Shown here in pieces: positions 1 to 8,062 of a DNA stretch of 64,000 bases; position 1 is the first letter of the stretch, and the number at the start of each line of letters is the position of its first letter. The stretch spans positions 177,779-241,778 of the forward strand of contig CAVQBK010000004.1 in assembly GCA_963710755.1 (NCBI GenBank), written 5' to 3'. The notes beneath the pieces are model-generated. The model worked only from the letters and a program-made list of their open reading frames with translations. It did not search any database and was not told the DNA's origin. The position numbers were made by a program, and so were the translations under genes. Origin of the DNA: an uncultured bacterium. GTDB lineage: Bacteria > Oederibacteriota > JAAXVQ01 > JAUVAV01.

Positions 1-31
1 CCTTTTTGGCCGTATCCAACGGTCGGCCCTC

Positions 32-868
32 ATGTTTCTGTTGCCCACGTTTATTGCCTTTTCACTATTCTCCTGGTATCCCATGTTTAAGGGGCTGATT
101 TTGTCGCTGTTTAATTTTCAGCCTACCGGAGAATCGGTGTTTATTGGTGTGCAAAATTATGTGCGGGCGTTTAAGGATACCATGTTTCTGCAGTCTCTCT
201 GGCATGGCGGACTTTTCTGTTCGCTGGCCCTGCTGTTGGGTTTCCTGCCACCCATTTTTTTATCGATCTTTATCAACGAATTCCGGCGCGGCAAATCAAT
301 GCTGAAGTTTTTATTCTTTTTGCCCTTTCTTATGCCCACGGTGCCGGCTGCTATTCTATGGAAATGGATCATGGACCAGGGGTATGGTCTGCTTAACGCA
401 GTGGTCTCTTTGTTGCCCGTCGCCAACCCTCATATCGGTTGGCTCACGGACCCCAAGTTGGCCATGCTTTCTATCGTGCTGCTGTATATATGGAAAAACA
501 CAGGATGGGCTATGTTGATTTATTCCGCCTCATTGCTTAATATTGATCCTACTTTGTATGAAGAAGCGGAGATTCACGGGGCCAATATCTGGCAGAAGGT
601 GCGCCATATCACCCTGCCCACCATCCGGGGAACGATTGCGGTTATGTTCATCATCACCATCATCAACACCATTCAATTGTTTACCGAAGTGTATATTATG
701 ACCAACGGCGGGCCCATGAATTCCACCGAAGTGCTGGCCACCTATATTTATAAACAGGCTTTCTTTTACATGGATGTGGGCTATGCCTCGGCCTTGTCTA
801 TCTTGATGCTGGTCATGTTGTTGTTTATAACCATCTTTAGATTGCGGCGCCTGGACGCCGGAGGTTGA
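32..868 (+). CDS. Carbohydrate ABC transporter permease (MalF/UgpA-like); true start may lie upstream of the window
   Basis: Multiple TM helices; EAA loop LYEEAEIHGANIWQKVRHITLP; MTNGGPMNST motif; frame is open back to position 2. Confidence 0.92.
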   Translation: MFLLPTFIAFSLFSWYPMFKGLILSLFNFQPTGESVFIGVQNYVRAFKDTMFLQSLWHGGLFCSLALLLGFLPPIFLSIFINEFRRGKSMLKFLFFLPFLMPTVPAAILWKWIMDQGYGLLNAVVSLLPVANPHIGWLTDPKLAMLSIVLLYIWKNTGWAMLIYSASLLNIDPTLYEEAEIHGANIWQKVRHITLPTIRGTIAVMFIITIINTIQLFTEVYIMTNGGPMNSTEVLATYIYKQAFFYMDVGYASALSILMLVMLLFITIFRLRRLDAGG

Positions 869-869
869 T

Positions 870-1763
870 ATGGATCAATATGAAAATCGTGGTCTGATTT
901 CCAACAGTGACCGAAAAAAAGGAAGCACCAAACTGTTGTTTGGGCTGGGTGGTACTTTGGTCATCGGGTTGGCCCTGCTGACCGTGGTGCCTTTCTTTTG
1001 GATGGTAGCCTCGGCCCTGACACCGGCCCAGCATATGTTCGACTGGCCGCCTCGTTGGTTCAGCGGGGTTTGGGACTGGTCCTCTTTTGGCATAGCCCTC
1101 CAGCATGTCCCGTTCTCCACGTATATTTTCAATTCTCTGATCCACTGCTTTGGGGTGGTGTTGGGACAGTTGCTGCTCTCCTCGCTGGCGGCCTATGCTT
1201 TTGCCAAGATGAGACCGCCTTTTGGGAAATTTTTGATGATTTTATTTTTAACCACGCTCATGATTCCAGTGGAGAGCCTGCTCATTCCGCTTTATCTGGT
1301 GATGAAAAGTTTTCCGGCGAGCAGCTTGCCCAATGCCAACCTAATCTCCACCTTCTGGGGCTTGATTTTGCCCACTGTGGTGTCGGCCTTTAATATATTA
1401 ATTTTAAAGAGTTTTTTTGAACGTCTGCCGGCTGATCTTATTGATGCCGCCCGTTTGGATGGTTGTTCGGAATTGATGATTTTCCGCAAAATCGCCATCC
1501 CCTTATCCACACCGATTTTAGTAGTTCTGGGCATCTTTGGTTTTATTACCACTTGGAACAGCTTTTTCTGGCCGCTTATTGTATTAAACGATCCCAAGAT
1601 GTATACCTTGATGGTGGGTATTCAAAAAATGGTGGAAATGGGCGAACCTTGGAATGTGATCATGGCTGTGGTCACCTTGGCCACCATTCCTACGATTCTG
1701 CTTTACTTTGCCTTTCAACGCTACATTGTGCGCGGCGTGGTCTTCACCGGCTACCAGGCGTAG
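870..1763 (+). CDS. Carbohydrate ABC transporter permease (MalG/UgpE-like)
   Basis: LAAYAFAK, EAA loop LIDAARLDGCSE, WNSFFWPL, FQRYIVRG; GGAGG RBS upstream. Confidence 0.93.
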   Translation: MDQYENRGLISNSDRKKGSTKLLFGLGGTLVIGLALLTVVPFFWMVASALTPAQHMFDWPPRWFSGVWDWSSFGIALQHVPFSTYIFNSLIHCFGVVLGQLLLSSLAAYAFAKMRPPFGKFLMILFLTTLMIPVESLLIPLYLVMKSFPASSLPNANLISTFWGLILPTVVSAFNILILKSFFERLPADLIDAARLDGCSELMIFRKIAIPLSTPILVVLGIFGFITTWNSFFWPLIVLNDPKMYTLMVGIQKMVEMGEPWNVIMAVVTLATIPTILLYFAFQRYIVRGVVFTGYQA

Positions 1764-1793
1764 GAGGCTGAGCAATTACTTGCTCAGCCTCCT
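1762..1793 (+). terminator. Perfect 14-bp hairpin at the end of the ABC operon, followed by a second hairpin (about 1797-1835)
   Basis: AGGAGGCTGAGCAA-TTAC-TTGCTCAGCCTCCT; then AATCTAAAATCGAGA-N9-TCTCGATTTTAGATT; no clean U-tract directly after the first stem. Confidence 0.5.
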
Positions 1794-1882
1794 GAGAATC
1801 TAAAATCGAGAGTTTTCAATTCTCGATTTTAGATTTTAGATTCGGTCGATTATCAATTTCCGATTTTCATTTTTTAAAAATA

Positions 1883-2441
1883 GACGCTTCGCAGCCCCGA
1901 CCGGAATTGATATTATGTGAAAGGGACGCTTCGCAGCCCCGACCGGAATCGATATTATGTGAAAGGGACGCTTCGCAGCCCCGACCGGAATCGATATTAT
2001 GTGAAAGGGACGCTTCGCAGCCCCGACCGGAATCGATATTATGTGAAAGGGACGCTTCGCAGCCCCGACCGGAATCGATATTATGTGAAAGGGACGCTTC
2101 GCAGCCCCGACCGGAATCGATATTATGTGAAAGGGACGCTTCGCAGCCCCGACCGGAATCGATATTATGTGAAAGGGACGCTTCGCAGCCCCGACCGGAA
2201 TCGATATTATGTGAAAGGGACGCTTCGCAGCCCCGACCGGAATCGATATTATGTGAAAGGGACGCTTCGCAGCCCCGACTGGAATTGATATTATGTGAAA
2301 GGGACGCTTCGCAGCCCCGACCGGAATTGATATTATGTGAAAGGGACGCTTCGCAGCCCCGACTGGAATTGATATTATGTGAAAGGGACGCTTCGCAGCC
2401 CCGACTGGAATTGATATTATGTGAAAGGGACGCTTCGCAGC
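1883..2441. repeat. Direct tandem array of a 42-bp unit, 13 full copies plus a 13-bp partial; each unit contains a dif-like 28-mer
   Basis: Unit GACGCTTCGCAGCCCCGACYGGAATYGATATTATGTGAAAGG; no spacers; only two polymorphic positions. Confidence 0.97.
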
Positions 2442-2548
2442 GGTTAATTTGTTTGAGTTTACTTCAGGCTGGGCACCGCAAGCGGTGCTCTTGCAATTAG
2501 CCGACAGGAAAAGATTAATTTTCAGACGGCTGCTAAACAGGAGGATAA

Positions 2549-2713
2549 ATGGCTAGGAAAAAAAAGATCCAACAAGAATTAAACATGGCCGAACATTCCG
2601 CCAGATTGCGGGCCATTCCCTCACCGCAATGGGAGACTATCGGGCGTTGGGTTATGACCATGGTAGGTGCAGCGGTATTGATGGGGCTGGCCTATTTGGT
2701 GCTGAGTCGCTGA
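2549..2713 (+). CDS. Small (54 aa) single-pass membrane protein, absent from the ORF track
   Basis: AGGAGG RBS 4 nt before ATG; MARKKKIQQELNMAEHSARLRAIPSPQWETIGRWVMTMVGAAVLMGLAYLVLSR; basic N-terminus and C-terminal hydrophobic helix. Confidence 0.7.
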   Translation: MARKKKIQQELNMAEHSARLRAIPSPQWETIGRWVMTMVGAAVLMGLAYLVLSR

Positions 2714-2820
2714 ATGTCGGCGTAATGGCTACCGCAGCTAATCATTCTTACAGTTGCCCTTAATTCCAAGCCGGTACCCTTGGGTTGGGGTCCAACCTTC
2801 TAAAAAACAAAAAGGTATTC

Positions 2821-3390
2821 ATGAATTCAGGGATTGAAAGACAATTAAAAAAACTGTTGCCGGAACGGCGTTATCGTCATTCCCTGGCAGTGGCCCATTG
2901 GGCCAGAACCCTGGCCCACAGACATCAGGGCCATGGACAGCACGCCTTTCTGGCAGGCCTGCTGCATGACTGCGCACGCGCCTTGAGCCCGGAGAAATTA
3001 AAGGTCTTGCTGAAAGCCTACCGGGGAAAATATTTTGACCGGGCCACCAGGGCCAATCCGGCGCTATGGCATAATCCTGCAGGGGTAATTTTGGCGCGAC
3101 GGGACTATAAGATCCGCCATCCTTTTATTCTGCGCGCCATTGCACTCCATTCTACCGGCGACCGGCATATGCGCCTGTTGGACAAGATCATTTATGTGGC
3201 TGATTTTTCGGAACCAGGCAGGACCTTTACGGAAGCGCAGGCCGTACGCACGGTGGCTGCTCAAGACTTGGACCGGGCGGTAGGTTTAACCGTGAAATAT
3301 AAAATGGATTATTTACTTTCCGAAGGCAAGACTCTTCATCCCCGCTCTTTGGCATTGGCCAGAGGGTTGTCCATGGTGGTAAGCTCATAG
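2821..3390 (+). CDS. yqeK: YqeK-family HD-domain symmetrical Ap4A hydrolase
   Basis: RYRHSLAVA, AGLLHDCAR, ALWH, AIALHSTG, LDKIIYVADFSEPGR. Confidence 0.88.
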   Translation: MNSGIERQLKKLLPERRYRHSLAVAHWARTLAHRHQGHGQHAFLAGLLHDCARALSPEKLKVLLKAYRGKYFDRATRANPALWHNPAGVILARRDYKIRHPFILRAIALHSTGDRHMRLLDKIIYVADFSEPGRTFTEAQAVRTVAAQDLDRAVGLTVKYKMDYLLSEGKTLHPRSLALARGLSMVVSS

Positions 3391-4370
3391 AGTTCATCGG
3401 TCAGAACCGTTAATTTTTCCGGGCTCCACCGTCCTTGGTCATTCAACTGTTTGGATAAATGTACCGGCAATTGCGCCGGACCAAGATGGGCCGCGGCTAT
3501 GCCGCCGGTCATCGCGGCTGTGGTATCGGCATCACCGCCGGCGGCAATGGCCGTACAGACCGATTCCCAGTAATCATCAGGGGTCTTAAGAAAAGCATAT
3601 AGGCTCCAGATCACGCTGCTGGTCACGAAAGGCGAGATACCGTGCCAGTTGTCCTGATAAGACTCTTCAATCCCGGCCCGGGCGATGAGTTCGGCCGCAT
3701 GCGGCGGTTGCAGATCGAGCCAGCGGGGAAGTTTCTGCAGCTGATCGGCGAAGTCCTGGCTGATGGGGCGGCACCATTGCAGCAATTGATCGATGAATTC
3801 AGGAGGATTGATGGTCTCCGACGTCAACGCCAGGGCTGTGGCCCCGGCCATGGTTACCGAGCCGGCCAAACAGCGGGGATCCTGATGGGTGATCCAGCTT
3901 TGATCATAAGCAGCCTGCACCATTTCTTCCGGCTGTTGGTAATAATACAGACCGATAGCCAGGGCGCGCGTGGTACTGCTGTTACCGGCTGTGGGCGGCA
4001 AGGTACCTGCTTTTTTCCATGGCACACCGTGGATTAGACGCTGAACAGCTTCCTGAGTGGAGCGGCCCTGACCTATAATTTTATTGGTTTCGTACAGGCG
4101 GGCAAAACGATGGGCCACATCTTCCGGCTCAAATCCCTGGCAATGGGTAATGCTTTCAATGATGGTTCGCGTCATCTGGGTATCATCGGAATATTGGCCG
4201 AATTCAAAGGGATAATGCTTCCATTGGCCTGCCAATCCTGCTAAAAGAAACTGGCTTACATAACGCTCGGTGATAGCCGGTGGATAGCCCTCCACCGGAA
4301 ATCCCAGGGCATCCCCTAAGGCCAGACCAAGCAAGGCTGCTGAAAAATGTTCTTTGGTAGGCTGTCGCAT
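3336..4370 (-). CDS. ADP-ribosylglycohydrolase (DraG/ARH family)
   Basis: GLALGDALG, YSDDTQM, ITHQDP, GGDADTTAAMTG; 3' end overlaps convergent yqeK by 55 bp; start chosen by RBS. Confidence 0.9.
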   Translation of the reverse strand: MRQPTKEHFSAALLGLALGDALGFPVEGYPPAITERYVSQFLLAGLAGQWKHYPFEFGQYSDDTQMTRTIIESITHCQGFEPEDVAHRFARLYETNKIIGQGRSTQEAVQRLIHGVPWKKAGTLPPTAGNSSTTRALAIGLYYYQQPEEMVQAAYDQSWITHQDPRCLAGSVTMAGATALALTSETINPPEFIDQLLQWCRPISQDFADQLQKLPRWLDLQPPHAAELIARAGIEESYQDNWHGISPFVTSSVIWSLYAFLKTPDDYWESVCTAIAAGGDADTTAAMTGGIAAAHLGPAQLPVHLSKQLNDQGRWSPEKLTVLTDELYELTTMDNPLANAKERG

Positions 4371-4479
4371 GTTGCCAGACTTCCTTTTTTTAATTAACTT
4401 AATCATAGTATCGACATAATACTCATTTCTTTAACTAGGACACCTGAAATTCCCCTGAGGGGAGGTTGTGGGCGGGTTT

Positions 4480-4517
4480 ATTTAAATTCCCTGCGGCCTG
4501 CCGCAGGGAATTTAAAT
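4480..4517. repeat. Perfect 18-bp-arm palindrome with CT centre, downstream of bioD (possible terminator or REP-like element)
   Basis: ATTTAAATTCCCTGCGGC-CT-GCCGCAGGGAATTTAAAT. Confidence 0.85.
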
Positions 4518-4532
4518 CGGAAATAATTTTAT

Positions 4533-4578
4533 TTGACTAGTTTCCCTTCATCCCCTGGGATGAAGGGAAACTAGTCAA
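4533..4578. repeat. Perfect 22-bp-arm palindrome with CT centre, overlapping the bioD stop codon
   Basis: TTGACTAGTTTCCCTTCATCCC-CT-GGGATGAAGGGAAACTAGTCAA. Confidence 0.9.
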
Positions 4579-5238
4579 CCAAGGGGAAAAATCAGGCATT
4601 TTAAAGGGCGTAGTTGTCTCCATCCAAGGGACGCCGACCAGCGGCAAATGGGGCCATTGCGTTTGAAACAGTGCTTCCGTGTCCCGGGCAATAATTTCAG
4701 GGGTTTGCCGATCCTGGATGCAGGCCAGTCCCAAAGCGGTGAGGCTACGCTGCGCCAGGGCATCCAGCGACAACCAGGTATGATTGATGCTGCCTAGACG
4801 GGTGGAGGTGACCATGAGGCTGGGCCATTGGGTTTGGCTCAGCAGGTCCAAAATGGTGAAGGTCCGGTCAAGGGGAACCTGCAGGCCGCCGGCGCCTTCC
4901 ACGAGGACCATCTCATAAGTCTGCTGCAAGGTTGCGAAGGTTTGCAGAAGATGGTCCTTGTCAATAGGTTGGCCGGCTTGACCGGCCGCTAAATGAGGCG
5001 AAGCCGCCAAAGGAAACACATAAGGGCAGGTTAGACCCTGCTCATCTTCAGGCAGCAGCGGCGTGTTCATCAGGTGTCGATGAATAAGGATGTCCTCGGA
5101 GAGGCCTTGACACCCGGTCTGAACCAATTTGGCGGTGATGACCGAGCGGCCTTGGTTTTTTAAAAAGGCGGCCAGCAAGCCGGTGACAAAACTTTTACCG
5201 ATGCCCGTGTCGATGCCTGCGATAAAGATGATGCTCAT
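4537..5238 (-). CDS. bioD: Dethiobiotin synthase
   Basis: IFIAGIDTGIGKS P-loop, KLVQTG, ASPHLAA, VEGAGGL, LGSINHT; ATGA overlap with bioC. Confidence 0.96.
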   Translation of the reverse strand: MSIIFIAGIDTGIGKSFVTGLLAAFLKNQGRSVITAKLVQTGCQGLSEDILIHRHLMNTPLLPEDEQGLTCPYVFPLAASPHLAAGQAGQPIDKDHLLQTFATLQQTYEMVLVEGAGGLQVPLDRTFTILDLLSQTQWPSLMVTSTRLGSINHTWLSLDALAQRSLTALGLACIQDRQTPEIIARDTEALFQTQWPHLPLVGVPWMETTTPFKMPDFSPWLTSFPSSQGMKGN

Positions 5239-5999
5239 AAACCGGACTCCTTTTTCTGAAAGATAAACCAATAGGGATGATAATCCAGCTGGTAATCATC
5301 CTCAAAACGCAGTGCAGCGCGATAGCGGGTGGAAAGCTGTTCCAAGGAGGACTTGGTCCAGGTGCGGGTGACCAGGGCATTAACGCCGGTAGCTTTCAAA
5401 TGACGCAACAGTTCCAGGAAGGAAGGAAAGTGCAAGCGGAGATGCTCCTCGTGAACCCACCGGCAGGTGCCAAAGGGGGCCAGGGTCTCCAGAATTACTT
5501 GGCGTGGAAAATAGGTCAAGGAAGGTCCCAGGGTTTTGGCAAAGGCTTGGAAATGATCAGGCCCAAAGGTGGTAAACGCCAATAGCCCTTGTGGCTGTAA
5601 ACGAGCCATCCAGGTGGTCAAAGCCTCCAAGGGGCGTTCAAACCACTGAAGTGCGGCATTGGAAATAATCAGATCAAAGTGATGACCAGCTAAGTCCAGC
5701 TGCTCCGCATCACCGTTCCAATAGGTGAGCCATTGTCGTTGGCGGTAAATTTCCAAGTCGCGGTTTAACTGAGGAACAAGATCATTGCCCCAGAGATGAC
5801 CAATAGACAGTTTTTCGGCCAGCAGACGGGTTAACAACCCTGTCCCCATGCCCACTTCCAAAGCTGCAGGAAAAAATCCGGAATGCAGGCCAGAGAGCTT
5901 ATCAACCAGCATTAGCGCCATCCGGCGCTGAATGGAGGCTTTTTGGTTGTAGCTGGTTTGGGCCCGGCCAAAACGTTTTTGGATAAGGAGCTTATTCAC
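5235..5999 (-). CDS. bioC: Malonyl-ACP O-methyltransferase
   Basis: LEVGMGTG SAM motif, FDLIISNAALQW, FTTFGP, LRHLKATGV; GTG start overlapping the bioG end. Confidence 0.92.
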   Translation of the reverse strand: MNKLLIQKRFGRAQTSYNQKASIQRRMALMLVDKLSGLHSGFFPAALEVGMGTGLLTRLLAEKLSIGHLWGNDLVPQLNRDLEIYRQRQWLTYWNGDAEQLDLAGHHFDLIISNAALQWFERPLEALTTWMARLQPQGLLAFTTFGPDHFQAFAKTLGPSLTYFPRQVILETLAPFGTCRWVHEEHLRLHFPSFLELLRHLKATGVNALVTRTWTKSSLEQLSTRYRAALRFEDDYQLDYHPYWFIFQKKESGL

Positions 6000-6675
6000 C
6001 CTGCACCTCGTGCAGCAATGCTTCCCAGGAAGGCCAGCGGTAAAAGGGAAAATGACCACTTTCAAGCATGTGCACTGTGCTCTGATTTTTCCAAAAGCGC
6101 ATTTGATTACGGGCGGAGATGATTTTGTCCTGGGTGCTGATGTAGGCTGCATCAAATTGACCGCTCAGCCGGTCCAGAGGATCCTGCTGCACCAGCTCAC
6201 GCAAACGGATCAATTCCGCCTGCTGATCTTGCCAACCGCGCCGGGGCAAGTGGGCCAAGAACCGCTCCCGTTCGCTGGGTGTGGCCACCAGGTCTTCATA
6301 AAATTGCCGGGCAGCGGCTTCACTAAACGATTCGCACTGCTGGTCATAAATAGCGGGGGGGATACCATAGCGGTCATGAATGGGATTCAACGTACCGTTG
6401 ATGGCCAGGCTAAAGACCGGGGTATCGGGCAATTGCTCCATCACCTTTTGTGACATCCAGACCCCCATAGAGAATCCAATCAAGGTGAAGGATTTGTAGG
6501 GTTGGAGCATGGCTCGCGCCTGGGGAGGAATAAGAGCGGTTTGGTAATCATAAAACATGAGTACATCAAAGAGGCTGCTGGTAAGCGGGATAAAAGGCTG
6601 TTCATCCAGACCCCAGCCATTAAAAAAGATGATAAGATTTTCCGCTTTATTCCTGATGGTCCACGTATAGCGCAT
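5992..6675 (-). CDS. bioG: Pimeloyl-ACP methyl ester esterase, BioG (DUF452) type
   Basis: LIIFFNGWG, GFSMGV nucleophile elbow, AINGTLNPIHDRYGIP, DKII, HFPF; located between bioF and bioC. Confidence 0.88.
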   Translation of the reverse strand: MRYTWTIRNKAENLIIFFNGWGLDEQPFIPLTSSLFDVLMFYDYQTALIPPQARAMLQPYKSFTLIGFSMGVWMSQKVMEQLPDTPVFSLAINGTLNPIHDRYGIPPAIYDQQCESFSEAAARQFYEDLVATPSERERFLAHLPRRGWQDQQAELIRLRELVQQDPLDRLSGQFDAAYISTQDKIISARNQMRFWKNQSTVHMLESGHFPFYRWPSWEALLHEVQGE

Positions 6676-6821
6676 AAGTCAAGGCACCTGCCTTCTTTTC
6701 AGATTAGAGTGTGTGGAGGAAAAGCCACTTTAGTTTCTATGTCACCAAAACCCGTCCCTATAAGATTTAAATACTCCCTGTGAACTATTTTTTCCACAAA
6801 CTGGTACCACCTTGGCCTGCA

Positions 6822-8006
6822 TCAGGTGCAGCAGCGGGCAATCAACGCCGGCAGCTCTTGAAGGTCCTGCCAATTAAGACCTGCAGTGAGAGAGATTCTG
6901 AGTCTGGCCTGGCCTGCGGGCACTGTAGGCGGACGTATGGGGAACAACAGGAACTGGTTTTCCCGGCACGCTTGTGCCACGGCCACAGTCTGTTCATTAG
7001 GGCCGATTATAACAGGCACGATATGACTCTGGCCCAGGGTGGACAAGCCTTCTTTGGCCAAAGCTGCGCGCAGGTTTCCTGACAAAGTCTCCAAGTGTCG
7101 GCGCCGGTCAGACAAGGTTGGCAAAAGGCCAAAGACCATGCGTGTCCAATTAAGATTGAGCGGGGGCAAGGCCGTGGTGTAAATAAAAGGACGCATGGTA
7201 TTGACTAAATAATCGGTAACCACTTTCTCAGCCACCACAAAGGCCCCCACCGAGGCCAGGGCCTTGCCGAAAGTGCCCACAATCAATTCGATTTTATCAA
7301 GCAAGCCTTGTGCCTCAGCCAAGCCCAGACCGCGCTCGCCCATTACCCCCAAAGCGTGGGCCTCGTCCACATAAAGCCAGGCATGATAGTGGTCGCGCAG
7401 GCTGGTCAAGCCTTTGAGGTCCGCCACATCACCATCCATACTGAACACACTTTCCGTGACAATCAGGGCCCGGCGATAGTTCGCGCGATGCCGGCTCAGC
7501 AATTGTTCCAGGTGATTCAGATCCAGATGACGGTAGCGGTAGAGTTTGGCGCCCGATAACTGATCGCCGTCAATGATGCTGGCATGATTGAGACGGTCTG
7601 AAAAAATGGCATCCCGACGATCAAGCAAGGCCGATAGCAGGCCCACATTGGCGTGGTAACCGGAGTTAAATACCAGGGCGCTGGGACGGCCGTATGCCCG
7701 GGCCAGTTCCTCTTCCAGATGATGAACCTGGGAGGTGGTGCCGGTTAAGAGCCGGGAAGAGGAAGAGCCCAGCGCGAAGTCCTCAAGGCGATTGCGGGCG
7801 GAAAGGTTTTGGAAAAATTGCTCATGCAAAGCCTGGTCCGCGGCCAGTCCCAGGTAATCGTTGGAGGAGAGGTTAAGCATGGGCTGATCCTGAAAGTGAC
7901 TGTGTTCGGGTGTGCGTGCTGACACCACCCGGCATTGACGCAGGCGGTCTTCGGCCGCCAACTGATTCAAATGGGTTTGCAACTCTTCAAAGGCCATGTT
8001 TTTCAT
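6822..8006 (-). CDS. bioF: 8-amino-7-oxononanoate synthase
   Basis: NLSSNDYLGLA, SGYHAN, NHASIIDG, ESVFSMDGD, VDEAH, GTFGKAL, IRPPTVP. Confidence 0.96.
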   Translation of the reverse strand: MKNMAFEELQTHLNQLAAEDRLRQCRVVSARTPEHSHFQDQPMLNLSSNDYLGLAADQALHEQFFQNLSARNRLEDFALGSSSSRLLTGTTSQVHHLEEELARAYGRPSALVFNSGYHANVGLLSALLDRRDAIFSDRLNHASIIDGDQLSGAKLYRYRHLDLNHLEQLLSRHRANYRRALIVTESVFSMDGDVADLKGLTSLRDHYHAWLYVDEAHALGVMGERGLGLAEAQGLLDKIELIVGTFGKALASVGAFVVAEKVVTDYLVNTMRPFIYTTALPPLNLNWTRMVFGLLPTLSDRRRHLETLSGNLRAALAKEGLSTLGQSHIVPVIIGPNEQTVAVAQACRENQFLLFPIRPPTVPAGQARLRISLTAGLNWQDLQELPALIARCCT

Positions 8007-8062
8007 TTTATCCTCAACCATAGGCTAACGGCTTACCCCGGCTAGGCAGCGATGAATCGAAG

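Noticed and set aside
1883-2441. CRISPR array
   Set aside because: Units are contiguous and essentially identical, with no unique spacers and no cas genes in the window
1907-2500. 197-aa and 123-aa repeat ORFs (ILCERDASQPRPES; YYVKGTLRSPDRNR)
   Set aside because: Open only because the 42-bp unit is a multiple of 3; no RBS and starts fall inside the repeat
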